Positions 13,688-27,543 are shown, counted from the stretch's first letter. The stretch: DNA of 64,000 nucleotides from Raillietiella orientalis (GCA_036172245.1 JAYWIR010000061.1:310001-374000), one strand, 5' to 3'. The notes: generated by a model from the letters alone, not told the origin. Numbers and translations: made by a program.

Positions 13688-15976
13688 ATGGAATTTTCAG
13701 AATTAATATCGAAGCCAACTTTCGAATCTGTTCGTTTAGTACACGGCAATGAAAAACCAAGTGGTACATTGTGTATAACCGGACATCATCTGATATTCTC
13801 AACCTATTCCAAAGCTGATGACAGCTATGAGTGCTGGGTATATCTTTTCAAATGTATTTCAAGCAGTTTTGTTTAGGGCATAGCATTGATGTTTGTTTTT
13901 CATATTAGCTCTTTACAAATGCTTGCAGTCAAGTGTTTGTCAATGTTACTGATATTCGTAATGATAATTACATATTCATTCGATCACGTACAGTGTACGT
14001 GATGATACGTGGATGGATTTACAGCTATTTAAACAACCTTCCTTTTGAAATAGGTTTTGCATAGTAATATAGACGTTGCAGACTGTAAAAGTCGAATAGG
14101 GACGGTCGTAGTGAAGTGCAAAAATTTTCGAATAATCCAATTCGAAATTTCCGATCTTGCAGAATGTGCCATGCTTGCCGAATCTCTCAATGCCCTTTCA
14201 AGCATGGGTAAGCATCTTTTGAAATAATATCAACTAACAGCTCAGATTCATATTCTGGGTACTATTCTGTGTTATTAGATTTGCCTCATATATTTTTTAA
14301 TACTCTATTATTATCTCAAATTTTTTTTTTACTTAATAAATGCATTGCACATGTAATATCCTAAAAGTTCTTCATTGTAATTCAGTCAATCCACGAATGC
14401 TGTATCCGTTTTTCTTTCATCCCACATTTTCCTTCTTGGAAAATGGTTGGTTGACTTTTCAACTTGAAGCAGAATTGACTAAACTAATCAAGAAGTCAGA
14501 TGAATGGAGAATTAGTCATGTTAATGCAGGATTCCAAGTACTTGCAATTCTGCTATGAGTGTACTGATGGAATTAGGTTTGTGCTAGTTACCCAGAGGCA
14601 GTAGTGGTCCCTAAAAGTATTGAAGATGGAGTATTGATTGCATCATCCTTGTTCCGGCAAGGAGGTCGCTTCCCAGTATTTTGTTATCAACAATCTGCAG
14701 AAGTAGGTCTAAAGAATATGAGGATATTTCCCATCAATTTTAGGCAGTATTGTTGCGCAGTAGTCAACCACTTGTTGGATCATCAGGAAGACGATGTAAA
14801 CAAGATGAGCAACTGTTAAATGCTACTTTGCATGGTGGATGCAAGGGTCTTGTGGTTGAAATTAGGCAGCCAGTAACAATAGATGCAGCTCGGGTAAGTA
14901 CTACAGTCTGAACTATCAGCATTTGAAATTCTGTCAGAATCGTGGAGGAGGTTCTGAATCAGATGCTTACTATCCTCAGTGGAAAAAGGTTAATATGCAT
15001 GTAGATACGTCTCCAGCTCTGTTAAGTGCTCTTTCAAAATTAGTTGAAGGTATTGTTTTAGCTCCAACAACTGTATGACTTGAAAATTTTTCTAGCCTGC
15101 AATGACACAGGATGCACTATGGATAAATGGTTGAGTAGAGTGGAAGCAAGTGGATGGCTGAGCCATGTTCAAGATGCATTGATGTGTGCTACCATGGTGG
15201 CCCAAAATTTGCTCGAGAATTCCTGCCCAGTGCTAGTCCATGGAAGCAATGGCATTGATGCTACTCTCCTGGTTACTTCCCTCGTTCAGGTGCTGCTTAA
15301 TTGTGACTGCCGTACCATTCATGGATTTGAGGCTCTTGTGGAGAGGGAATGGTTACAAGCAGGACACCCATTCAGCAGTCGCCATCATCATGGCTGCTAT
15401 TCAGTTAATCGTAGTTCATCATCTTTTCCTACATTTTTGCTATTTCTGGACTGTGTGTGGCAGATAAACCAACAATTCCCTTGCAGTTTTGAGTTCCATG
15501 AAAAACTTCTGCAGCTTCTATTTGAGAATGTGTATAGTTCTCAGTTTGGTCAGTATGAAGAACTCCTTAGATGTTAAAATGCTGTAAAGGCACTTTTCTA
15601 GGTGACAGTCCCAAGGAACGTGCTGCATTGCAACTGAGTACATTGACAGTTAGTTTATGGTCTTATTTGAACCATATTGAAGTACTTCCTCAACTTCTCA
15701 ATCCCATGTATGAACCTAATTGTCAACCAATATGGCCTCAGGTTCACATCATTGTGAGTAAAAAGCTAACTATCCAGTTTCAACTCAGTCTAGAATGTAT
15801 GGGAGGGAATTTTTTTACATTTTTCAACTGGTCAAGAGTCATATAAGAAAAAGCTTCAAATGGTCAACAATCTTCATAGGGAAAACAAAGAACTGCATGC
15901 TAAAGTAACTCTAATGAGACATAGATTGGTGCAATTGGAGCAGGACATCAGCAATCTAGGATTCACAGTTTTATAG
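13688..15976 (+). CDS. MTMR9: Myotubularin-related protein 9 (catalytically inactive), about 547 aa; exons 13688-13837, 14054-14207, 14386-14537, 14577-14702, 14744-14893, 14938-15049, 15096-15548, 15590-15753, 15794-15976
   Basis: MEFSELI start, PH-GRAM (GTLCITGHHLIFS), WRISHVN..F.VCASYP, FRQGGRFPV, LLRSSQPL, GFEALVEREWLQAGHPF, FLLFLDCVWQINQQFPCSFEF and a C-terminal coiled coil. The catalytic motif is HGSNGIDAT instead of HCSDGWDRT. GT-AG introns; 1644 nt in frame. Confidence 0.95.
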
Positions 15977-16218
15977 GAATCATGTATAGTCCCAATTTTT
16001 TTCCATGAAAAAATGCCAGAATTGGCAAATTATCAGCATATGCAATATTTTTTGTGTTATAGCTGCAGAATTATTATATGTTCCTGTGAGTTTGTTGTGA
16101 AATCATTAAGAGAAGTAATACAGTTGATTAAAGAAATCTTGAAATATTCTTAAAGAACTTTGAGTGCTGGTGTAACCCAGATTAGTAGAAATGGATATCT
16201 GAATACGTATTGATGGAA

Positions 16219-16361
16219 AATAAATAAATGGATACCCGTAACATTGTGAATAAGCATGCATTGAAGTTTCTCTCATACCAGTCCAACGCATTTTTTTTTA
16301 CTGAAATAGTGCAATTTACTATGGATTTGCAAAGCTTTTGATATATTCTTAAGCAAATAAA
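16219..16361 (+). terminator. Candidate poly(A) signals of MTMR9
   Basis: AATAAA at 16219-16224, 16223-16228 and 16356-16361, downstream of the stop at 15976. Confidence 0.45.
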
Positions 16362-19300
16362 TTGTTTTTTTCACAGCATTTTTCCATGTGTTTAGTACGT
16401 TTCCAATTCGTGGCTTGCCTCTGATGTTGTACCGAAAATGCCCATCCATCTTTGGTTCATCGGTTTCAAAAAATCAAATAAATTGAAAGATCTCCCATAT
16501 CTCTGCATGCCAGAGTCTCATCTCACGTGTACAATTACCAGTGATTTCTGTGGTTATTCTTGTCATCTGTTGGAAATGTGGAAAGCAAAACAAAGTGTGG
16601 AGGGCACCTGGAAGTTTTGAAATACGTATTCGTGGTAATCAGAAAACTAGTTTCGATGTGGTCGACTCCTGGTGAGTATTGGTGTTCATAAACCCCTAAG
16701 ACCATAAAGAATGTTGTCTCCTGCGTTGTCAATTATTCTGCAAGATGTAGGGGGTCTAGTGGAAATTTGCTCCTGTCAATACCTGAGATACTTTGTCGAT
16801 TTTAGCTTGTTCACACTGGGCTAAAGCGAACAAAGTGTCTTTATGATTGCAGAATACAGAAAATTGTTGCCCGATAGGATGGGTCCAAATGCAAGATGCA
16901 AGTCATCATCACCATGAGTCTGTGTCATTTACTACATGGAGTAAACTGGAATTGATACTGTGATTGTCGAGAGGAAAAACGTTCGAGGTGACTCGATACT
17001 GAAATCATTTGATTCAGGATGTACAGTGCATAAATCATCAAACCAAGGTTTCTTTAAAAAGTACCAAAATGCTAACACGTGGTTGCTTTATAATACAAAA
17101 AGGAAATGTGTTCTTAACTGACATTGAGGGCATTAGCAGTCAGTTATTAAGTAATGTTGCAAGAATCTGTTTCTGAAGAATTCAGGCTGCAGGGATGTTT
17201 TGGTGTTTTTTTATTCGCCTGCAAGCAATGAATGCGACCATAAGCGGCGGCCGACGTGTGAAAATGTGGTTCATGAAGTTCATCCAGTTGGCAGCTTGCT
17301 TGGTGCATTTCGGGAGAAACGTGTTGTTTGCTGTGCTGGACAATCCCCAGCGTGAGTGAATAAGCGGAAGTGGTTAGAAAGCAGGGCATGTCGTACTTCT
17401 ATTATGACGTGGATGAAATTCCCATTGCTTTTGTCAACATTCAGATTTGAAAAGAGGCTTACAGCAACAGGGTAACAGCTTGAACCTGTGACGGTCTTTG
17501 CCACCGTTCGAATTTCGTTCAAGTATTCACGTTAGGAGTTTTCACCTTTTTTCTGAATATTAACGTGATGCAGCTTTTTAGGGCAACGTAAATGCATTAT
17601 GCCACTGAACGGGTGGTCGTCGAAAAGCTTAGCCATGTTTTTTTGTGACCTCAGGCGTGCTTTGGTTAACCAAGCTGGGAATGTAAGGCAAAGAACATTA
17701 AGCGAAGATGAGAACGTCTTTTTTCTTTACAGAAACCGGTACATGAACTGATTACATGCTCTTTAAATCTCAATAAGCAAGGCAGTTATTTACGCAATTA
17801 TCCCTCTGCTCCTTGACAAGGCAGGGTTTTTTGCTTGTATCAAGAAGGAATAGATGAACATCAAAGGTACCTGTTAATTCAGCTGCTGATTTTTTCAGAA
17901 GTGAATACTTATTGTAAATGATTTGAAATCAGGGAAAAGCAAGCAAATGGAGTTTTCCTTTATGTATGTATATATTAGCTTGGAAATCACACGTTTTCGT
18001 TTTCGTTTTTTTTTCCTGATGAGAGAATGCTGTCTAGCCTTAGGGACATGGTAACTCAGTAGGGCGTGTGACCAAACTTGATGAACAGAACTCCCCAAAG
18101 CATCTTGCGTTTGCTGGAAATGTTGCAGCTCGTAGCAACGCATCTCCGAATGTTTGGCTTGGATCTTAAAGCTTCCGCATAGGGTTGGACTTCAGCTCTA
18201 TCAAAAGTTCTGAATCGATTCTATTTGAACAAAATGGGCAAAAACTTAAGCAGTCTTCGGAGTAAATGAGTGGAGCGACGCCCATTCGTTTCTGCTTCGG
18301 TTAAGCAGCACTGCTATGCGTTACTCTAAAAATCCGCCTGCCATTCAAGGTATGCTGAAACTTCCGTGTACCAAGTAAAACAAAAATGCAGATCACGTAA
18401 ATCGCTAATGAAGTAGCAGGGATGAACGATTCTTAACGTTTTCTAAATCTCAGGTACGGCTCTTAGTTTTTTACCAAGATCGCTTATCGGGTGATGTGCC
18501 TGTGTTTTCATTAGTAGATTCGGTATTATTGTTCTGTTCGTTTTATTAGTTCCTCCATCGTAACACTATTTGTGAAAACCACACGCTCCCATTCAGTAGA
18601 GCCATCAAGGATATTTATTTGAAGTTGCTCCGCAGTTCCTCTCACAACTGCTTTCATGCAAACTCTTACTCTTCGGTTACATTCTAACACAAAGAAAGCT
18701 CGTTTTCCAAGGAAAATTCCAAGTCCGCGTCCGTGTTTTCAACGTTTTTTTTTGGTAAAAGAATAGTTATGCATTTATACCATTCTGCGTTTACTGCTCT
18801 GTATTTCTGGAACGGCGGCAACGTCAAGTTAGGGCCAAGTGTGCACTTGAGGGAATCAGCGGTTCTTGAGGAAGAGACGTATTTACAAGAATTTGTGGAT
18901 TTCAGATTGTGGTTCGAACATACTCCACGACGAACCTGGAAGTTCCACAACGCTGTCTGCCACACTGCCTTTTCCGTGCACCCATGCATTCACAACTGCA
19001 TGACAAGATGATTTTCGCTGCTGCCATTCACATATCGAAGGTATTCGGCTTCCTTACACTGAGTCCTTTGTATCAGGCGGTCGGTAGGCACCGACTGTAC
19101 ACAAAAACCAGAATTATTCCGGAAAAGAAAGAAGATGTTCAGAAGATGATTTTGGGGTGTATTCGTCAGGAGGAGACCCGAGGCTGGCTAAGGAAGATGT
19201 TGCCTTCAGGGAAACAGGATTCGTAATCATTTTCGCGCTCCTAATCCCGCTCAAGTAAACTTCAAGTAAACAACTTGGAAATGACATGCCGTATAGAACC

Positions 19301-22300
19301 TGGAGTGAACTCGTACGAAACATGAAAAGTAATTTCATATTAATGTAGCGGAGTCAGAAAAGGAGGATGGATAATGAGAGAATTTTGCGTTGTTCGCTTT
19401 GTTCCAAAGTTTCGACGCTGTGACGTATATCAGGAGAAGGCCCACCACAGGAGCTCGTCAAAGATTAACAGCGAGGATGCATTTTCTGCCAATTCGCAGG
19501 TGGCTCTCCGTGATTTCATAGATTCAAAAGTAAGAGGAGGAACTGCTTTGTCACTTTGTGTATGTGTACGTACATTCATTCACGTTGACTACAAACAGTA
19601 CAGCATTCCCAGTGTGGTTAGAAGCATTCATAATCATTTGTTTTTTGGCTGACTTTTCCATTTCGAGTTTCTCTTTTTGTTTGTCCGAGCACGAAGTTCG
19701 TCTTGTGATGAATTTCACAGATGACTTGGTGTGTAGGAGGAGTCAAAGGGGTTTCCATCTGAAGTCAAAAGCAGTGATGCCACAACGCTTTCAAAATGTG
19801 TACTGTCAATTACGATGGGACGAATCCAAAATCACTGCATTCGTATCCATAGCAGAAAGAATGATTGCACATAGTGACAAAGACTTCTTAAATCCAACGT
19901 CAAAGATGACCGTGAAGTGTACTGTAATGATCAATAAGCGAAATCACAAGCGCGTAGTTACTGGCGTTATTCATTTACTTGCAAACGTCATTTCTGTGCT
20001 TCAAACGAAGTTTCCATTACCTGCTTCCCCCCTTGAGCTGTGTCTGTTTGCACTTGCCTGCTTGCAGTTCTCGAAACAGTCTCCAGCAAAGTTCAGAGAA
20101 GCTACCAGATCCACCTTCCATTACGATCATTTCGTTTCCAGAAAGAGGGACCTCCGGGTTCCCACTTGTTTCTTCCTGCTTTGTTGCCGAGGTGGAACGT
20201 TGCCGTTCCCGTTCATGCCCGTCGCATTTAATGGTCGTTTGATCCAATTCTTTGTCTCCCCTTCCTTCCTTTCCAGGTTGCCTCTTTGCGATCCCTTTTG
20301 TTATTTAGCATTTGAACACGGTTCGTTTTAATTCTCTCACGTATTCATCTTTCTTTATTACCCAACCTCATTTACAAGTCGAGAGTTCCTAGTTCCCTTC
20401 CTTTATTTGTGAACACTTATGCGACTATGCATTATCTTTTTTCAGCTTTCCTTTGCTTAGAAAGAAAAAAAAATAGCCTGTTGGCTGTCAAAACACGAGC
20501 TGTGATCTTTTTTATTTGTTCTTCCTTATCGGAAACATTGCGATTAAGTTCATTTCATTTCCTAATGGACGACGCCCAACTCCCTACTTCAGCTGTGGGG
20601 TCGCTTGTGCAACCTCTCGTTTGTAAAGTATATGGTTCCTGTCTCATCTCGTTCTCAATTGAGGTTTCTTTTTTGTATTCCGGATTTAATGATGGCTTTG
20701 CAAAATCATTACCCACATCCAAACCTAATACTGCTGCATAGTCGTTATGTCACCAATTATTCTTCGTTCATTCAGTTTCTTTTATATTGAGCTTGTTGGT
20801 TGGTTTTATTTTATTTTTCTTGCAGAGAGTCACATTCCATTCTCATTTCAACGTCAGCTCCAGTGTTAGGCTTCCATGCAGTTTCCAACCGAAGCCCAAA
20901 TGTCGAGACCTGATGCTTGTGAGTCCTTGTATTCACCGTTCTTCTGCCTTTCTGCTACTACTTTCCTTTATTTCCAGTCATGTAAGTTGGGGGGGGAGGG
21001 GGGCATTCCTATGAATGCTGAACCTTGAAGCAGAACTAATGTATAAACAACAGCAATTTTTGGTAGTGAATTGAAGGTATGATAAGAATCTGTGGATAAA
21101 TATGCTATCCGAGCTTTGCTTTGGCATTGAAGTCCGCTTGAAGGGCCAGGGAGCAAATGTTGCCAACCACAATTCAGCTGGCCAGTTGGTTTCCCGAAAC
21201 TAAGCTGCTCGAGAGCTCACCATTTCTTCACAGATCAGCTCTTCTGTTTTTCCTGGAATCAGCATCATGCATTTCCCCCCCCTCTCCCTCGATGTTGTAT
21301 GTCCTTGAGGAAGTGGGCGTCTTCCCAGCAAGATTCTGAGTGGCTTTAGAGTGGAAATGCACACAGCGGTGGAAGTCTTCCCCTGGAAACTTTCTACCAA
21401 GTTGATTCACGCATCCTCCGATTCCATCACATCGAATTCAACTTTACACGAGTTTTGAGCTGCACGACTTCGTTTCATCTTATCTGGAGAAGAGTTTTTT
21501 TTTTTTTTTAAAAAAAAACCCTCCGGCATTCATTACTAACTAATACGTGATATTACAGACACATGCATCGAATGATGTATTTTATTTAAGCCATTTAAAA
21601 TAAATAGTCCGCTAATTCCAACTGCGGGCTTTTGAATACAGATCGATACGTACAGAGACTTCACTGAGGTCTTTCACATTTAGGCACGAACGGTAAAAGT
21701 ACAGAAGAGGGAAAAAAAGGAGAGAACAAACAGAGGACAGGGAATGTGTCCCTGTCTGTACAAAGCGATGTCGGGCTACTGAGGTACAATACGAGAAAAA
21801 AAAAAAAAAAAATCGCTTTCTGCTAAAGTTCGCATAATTACACGGAAGGAAATGCTTCCAAAGTGGCACTTTTCGTGGAAACCGATTACGTCGAACACAT
21901 TCCCTGCTGAGAGTACACTTAAACGTGCGCTCGTAAACATTTGCCAAGGCAACACACCGACACTCGACTGTACAGGACTCGTCGATTCCTAGTGACGGGC
22001 GTTTCTGCATCAGAAGAATCGCCGCGTATCATCTGTTCGTTCGCACCGTCTTCTATTAGAGGGCATCGGGCCACTCTATTTTCCCCAAGTGCGCATCGAC
22101 GGGCGAGTCGTCGCGGCAAACAAACGCTCGGAATGGGAACAACGGAAAAGCATTATGGAGGTGAGTAGCAGCAGCGTCGGTCCAGATGAAGGGCTTTTCA
22201 CAGAATTCCAACGTCAGGACCAATTTCATCTTTGGGAGCCGCCACGCGGGTCCTCCGCCAGCAATTGATCTCATTCGGAGCCATGCGAAAACACTTGTAA

Positions 22301-24336
22301 GGAAACACCTAAAAGCGCACGGAATAAAACGGGAAGGATGCGAGCCGCTGCCGGCTCCGAGCAGTTTTAGCGAACGTCTGGCTGACGCCTGTGTGTGTGT
22401 AGAAAAAAGGAAGTGCCCATGGAGTGGTCCATCCGTTTTTGCTTCCCAACGAGAAACTCTGGTGAGTTTTGGAGCATTTTGCGGTTTTGTTTCCCGAATT
22501 CCCGGCGATCGTCCGAATGGAAAACACCTTTCCATTGCTGATTCCAGTTTCGTCATTCATTAAACCTTGCGTAGTAGACATGATGTTTTGGGGGAACCCA
22601 TGCAAAACCTGGGGGAGCAGTCAGCATTACAGGATTAATTATTTTGGTTTTAGGGCACTGCCTAATGTATGTAGGCGAGGCCTGAAAGTTTCGTAGCTGC
22701 TGAATCCCCTGAAACTTGCGCTTATTCCATAGGTAAAGATCCCAATTTTTTTTTTTTTTTTTTTACAAATAGCACCACTGAAGAGCCATGAATGAGTTTT
22801 TCTTTGTTTTCAATTCTATCAGAATTTTTTCTTTTCTTTCTTTCATGGACGTTTGCTGTTGCTATGCTTGCATGCATTTCCACATTGACGAGTGGGATGA
22901 ATGGCGGTTTGCCTTTTGAGCACGAACGGCGAGAGGATGGCTGTTTATCCGTTCCATTACAGCATCGGTAGCCAGGCGACAGTGCCTATTCTGTCCTCTT
23001 TTTTTTTTCTTTCTTTCTTCCACCCATGCTAACCAAACGTAAGTGGGTTTGTGAATTCAACACCTCCCTTTCACTCCTACCAGCTAACAGTGCAGGCTGA
23101 CCCTGTAACTCTAGAATGCCAGAGGTTGTGACCAGTAAACAACCTGGGATCCATTTTCCGTGAACTGTTCCTGTTCATTTGAACGAAAGTGCCACACCCA
23201 GTTGAAGCATTCTGATTAGCAATTTTGTTCTGGTGGTGTCTCTTTCATGTGGTGGTTCTCGTGGAAGCGTTTTTGACCTTCTCGTTTTTCTTTTTTTCCC
23301 TTCTATGCGATCCGTGCAAAAAACAAAACGAAAACAAAAAAGGTACTGCGAATGCAGAATGCACACGATGTTCTTTGGCATCTCTTTTCCAGTTTTTCCA
23401 TGTTCTTGCCGGTCCGCAGTTGGACCACACGGGTTGCTATGTTTTTTCTATTAGGGTTCTTGCCTCCCTTCCAGGCGGCGTTTTTGGGATCGAATCGTGC
23501 AAATCCCTGGTAGGGTTCTGATTGCCAGTGGTCTCGAGGTGTTTATTCAGGCATCAATTTGGCATGAAAATCATCCCGTCTTTCAAAAAGGCCGGAAATC
23601 GAGATTACGTATGACCGCGAACAGCTACCCACGAAACACCGACATGTAGGAAAGGAAATGGGCACCGCCGCATCTTCCCTATTCTTCTTCTTGGCGCACC
23701 TTAGTTGTTTGATGGGGCTTTCGCCGTCGCAGACCGGATGCCGAACTTTGCAAACGGGTCGGGATCTCTTCGTTCGTGTTTCGTTTGCTTCTCCTTGCCT
23801 TTTCGTTTCTACCAGTCGGGACGTTCAAGTAGGGCCTTCGTGGTCAAAGCACTTCTTTCAGCTCCCGCTCACCTCCCTATGCCGAGCCTCTTGACCCAGA
23901 CGTTTATCCCCCTGTACGGAGCTTCGAAAGTTGACTTGAAAACAAAAAGCATTTGCTTTTCCACATCCAAGATAACCGGCTTAGTCAGGCTTCTCAGATT
24001 GTCTTTTTTTTAAAACAAAAAAAAAGAAGCAGCAGCAGCAAGCATGCGTTTGTCTTGGTGTTTGTAATTAGTTTTATTTTCTCCGTGGTGCACCACCGGG
24101 CTGATTGCTGAACCGAGGTGGCAAACCATTTATTTGCACCCTAGAAAGTAATAAAAAGTGTCGAATTGGTATTTCAGAATGGGAATGAGGTTTTGGAATT
24201 TATGCTTCATCCTTGCGCTTCGTCATCACGATCTTTGTACGGTACCTTGTTCTATTCCTATGAATGCTCCTCCTTCGTTTCGTGGTCAGATTAGATTTCA
24301 AGATAAAGGTTCGGTGAAAGATAAAAAGTTTTCGGA

Positions 24337-24607
24337 ATGCTCCAGACACGGTGAGTATCCTTGGTATCCTTGGTTTTGCCATCAGAGCGCAGAGCATTCC
24401 TTCCCCCCCCCCTCTTCTGCTTGCGTCTCTTAGGTGAAGATTTCCGAACCGTACATTTGACTTTTGGGTGATCAGCAGGAGCCTGTAGTTCGTTTACTTT
24501 CTCGTAATGAACATCCTTCGTGGTATTTGTGTCGCTCCAGTAATTCGTCTGTAAATTTGTCTTTATTAGCATTCAGTGTTTTGAGAAGACTCAAGGAGCG
24601 CATCAAG
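24337..24607 (+). CDS. Probable 5' coding micro-exons of the PH-domain gene: 24337-24350 and 24577-24607 (MLQTRVLRRLKERIK)
   Basis: ATG CTC CAG ACA CG|GTGAGT, then TTCAG|31 nt|GTAAGG. Phases match each other and the phase-0 acceptor at 36727. An in-frame stop lies upstream of the ATG. Confidence 0.5.
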
Positions 24608-26804
24608 GTAAGGCACAAACTGACGAAGAGTGCGGGATTAACAGGTGTGCCTGCCGGTTTCCACATAGCGTTAATCTCACTTAGGGCTTAGTGATTTGCC
24701 CCATTGCAAAATTTGCATTGGGTCTTTTTTCAATTGCAAGCAGTTGGGAATGCAATTTTACGCACTTTTACTGCTTTTGCTGAGTCCGCCGGAAGATTAG
24801 TGTACTTGCATCCCAGATCCAATGTACTCTTTCACATTTCTGTTCGTTCGTCACTGAAACACTTTGGGTTTACATCATCGAGATGATTGTCATCGAAACT
24901 TTGTGAAGATTTCTTGAAAAAGATGTGTTCGATATGATTATGTCAACTAAATTATAAAGTCAAATACTCAGAGAAACAGCAAAGATGGAGAAAAAAATAT
25001 GCGGTTTTGAAGTTCTTCAAACGTAAAGTGTCTTGAAAACCGCATTTCATGCCCATATGTAGTTCAAAGAGAATACCTGTAGAGCAGAATCGCTCTCCAG
25101 ACTCAGTTACATAAGCACGATGCCGTCCAGCTGCTACTTTTCGATTGTGCTGACTGTGGTTAAGGCCGATCCGGTTTTCAGGACAGGCCGTGATCCATTG
25201 CAATATAGTCCTTAATTTTCCTATTTGAAAAAGTTCCGAGTTTCATGTGGCAGCTCGTCATCAAGGAGAGTTGCAGAAACCAGGCAGCCAAAGCCACACT
25301 CATTGTGGTTGGTCATTTTTATGTGCACCACGGTAGTTATTCTGATTTCGTGATAGAATATTATAATTTTAAAGCAATTTTGTAACCTTTGTCAATATAC
25401 GTAAGGTCTCAGAGACTAACAGTATTTATTGGAAACGGTAGTGCAAATCACGAAGTGGAGTCATCATGGTCTTGGATCACGTGACTTCGGGGAGAGCATC
25501 TCACATATACCCCATCAGAGAACAACGTGGTGTACAATAAAAGTAAAGAATATATGTATATATATTCGAGTGTTTGATGAATAACTCTTGCGATTTCAAG
25601 CGAATTTCCGTTAATTATTTAGCAATTTTCCTTCACCAAAGTTATGATTGACCCTACACTTCCGAACGAGCCACATAGTTTCCCTAAGGGAAAAGGGAGA
25701 AGCCCTGCTCGGGTCGTATAACTTCGGCCCTGAACTTGAAAAAGATTTTCATGGTCTCCTCTCAAGAGAACTAAAAGAGATTTCTTCTTCATGAGAAATT
25801 TATTAGCTAGTTGAATTTCCCAATTTCGCATTATTTTAAGCGTTTCACCCAATAGCTGTTCAGCACTCTGAGAATAGAAAAAAATTCTTTTAAATATGTT
25901 ATCTTTATTACAGTTGCTGTTTCATGTATTGTCTCATGTATTACATCTTAACGGTAAATACAATGTAGATAGATACGCAAGAAGAAACGGAAATGTATAT
26001 TTGTAAAATCATGTTTTCGATGATGCATTCATCCAACTTGAAGACATTTCGGTTAATTTATTCCCAGTCAGTCGGTCGTTTTCTTCTTATATCACCACTC
26101 TATCAGACGGGAGTTGATCAGAAAAATGGAAGAATAATTTAAAAATTGGTCCAGCATCAAATCTGTATTCATTTTCTGATGATTTCAGCGACAAGCACAA
26201 GATTGCCAACGCGAAACTCTTTTCTTGTTGAGTTTCTCGGTTGTAAGGTTTCCGTTTCAAGTTGGTCACATGAGAAGGCTTCAAGCAGACTTCCTTCTTG
26301 GTTCACTTCGTATTCGGGTCGGCATCACACGAACCCCTGTTTTGAACAGTCTTTCTGCCTGTGGACCGTTGAATCGAGCAATTTCATCCTCCGGCACTTT
26401 CCTTCTTTTAATAATTTATTTCCAACGTGCATGCTCGGATGATTTGTGGGCATCTTATTGACGAGGATTGTACACTTTTGTCGTCTAAGCCCCGTAGGAG
26501 GTATGGTCAAGCATCCATCAGCTAATTGTTCAATGAAGCTCAAGAGGCAACGAGGAAGGAAAGACATGTCCATCTTCGAATGGCGTTGCGCTACGTGCTC
26601 GTTGCTGAACAACTCCAGAGGTGCTCTCGGTCAAAAGAACGGACAGATTGAACGTGGGTTTTTTTTTTTTTTTTTGGAAAAAAGAAAAAAAAAACTCACG
26701 TGTGCCTTTAGAAGGTCAGAATCGAATGCGATTTGAACTGACATACGCTGTTGCTTGGTGGAGGGGGCGGCTGTTTCCTTTAGGCCCGGTTCCAAGTCGG
26801 TTAA

Positions 26805-27543
26805 CCCTTTGGGTGCGGCGGAGCTCGCCAGATTGAACGTGTTGACTACACGCGAGTTCCAGTTGGACGGAACGCTTTTTCGCGCACCTGCATAAAGTGC
26901 CCACTGACTTTATAAAGTGCTCATTAAAGTTACTGTTCTAATTGTTTATTTACATCACATGAAATAAAACATTCTCATTCTCGTTTCCCCAAATCCCACA
27001 AGGGGTGGGGTAAATTTATTTTCTATTCATTCACCCTGCAAGCTCATTCATCCCATCCACTTGAAACACCGTTGATTGTGTTCTTACTGAAGTTCACTTC
27101 TCGGGAGTCACTACCCTGGGGTTCTGCACTAGGGCAGGGTGGGCGTTGATCGAGCCTGGGCATTATCCTTGATCCTTTTCAGGATGTACCGATAAGTCCA
27201 GGCCGGTACTCTGCCACAGTTCCTTATGCCCTCTTTTCGGATAGTATTTTCATTCTCGATTTTTCGGAGAAGTGACTCTGAAAAACCGAAAACAGTTAGC
27301 CGATGTAAGTAATGGGATTTTTTTGTTCACTGTTCGTTGCTAATTATAAGAGCGTAAGTGTATGTGTCCATCTTCAAACATGGATAGTGTTAACTTTAGT
27401 CTCATGCATAAGATAAAAGCGCATTTGCGAAGCGCACATATGGGTCCATAGTCCACGCGGATGCTTCCCGCCCACACGTGCGTCCGTAGCGTTCGCTGAT
27501 AATCTTCGTCGGACGCATATATGCGTCCGTAGCACCCAAAGGG
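26805..27543. mobile_element. Non-autonomous piggyBac-type element, 739 bp, with both ends
   Basis: TTAA|CCCTTTGGGTGC (26805-26816) ... GCACCCAAAGGG|TTAA (27532-27543): perfect 12-bp TIRs with TTAA on both sides. Subterminal 18-bp palindrome GGACGCATATATGCGTCC (27511-27528). No transposase ORF. Confidence 0.88.

Noticed and set aside
16853..16965. CPIGWVQMQDAS...TTW as a WW domain of the PH gene
   Set aside because: Missing the central aromatic pair and terminal Pro; the frame ends in a stop with no good donor.
19558..20331. 257-aa plus-strand ORF and overlapping minus ORF 20017-20247
   Set aside because: Non-ATG starts, intron-like composition and no domain.
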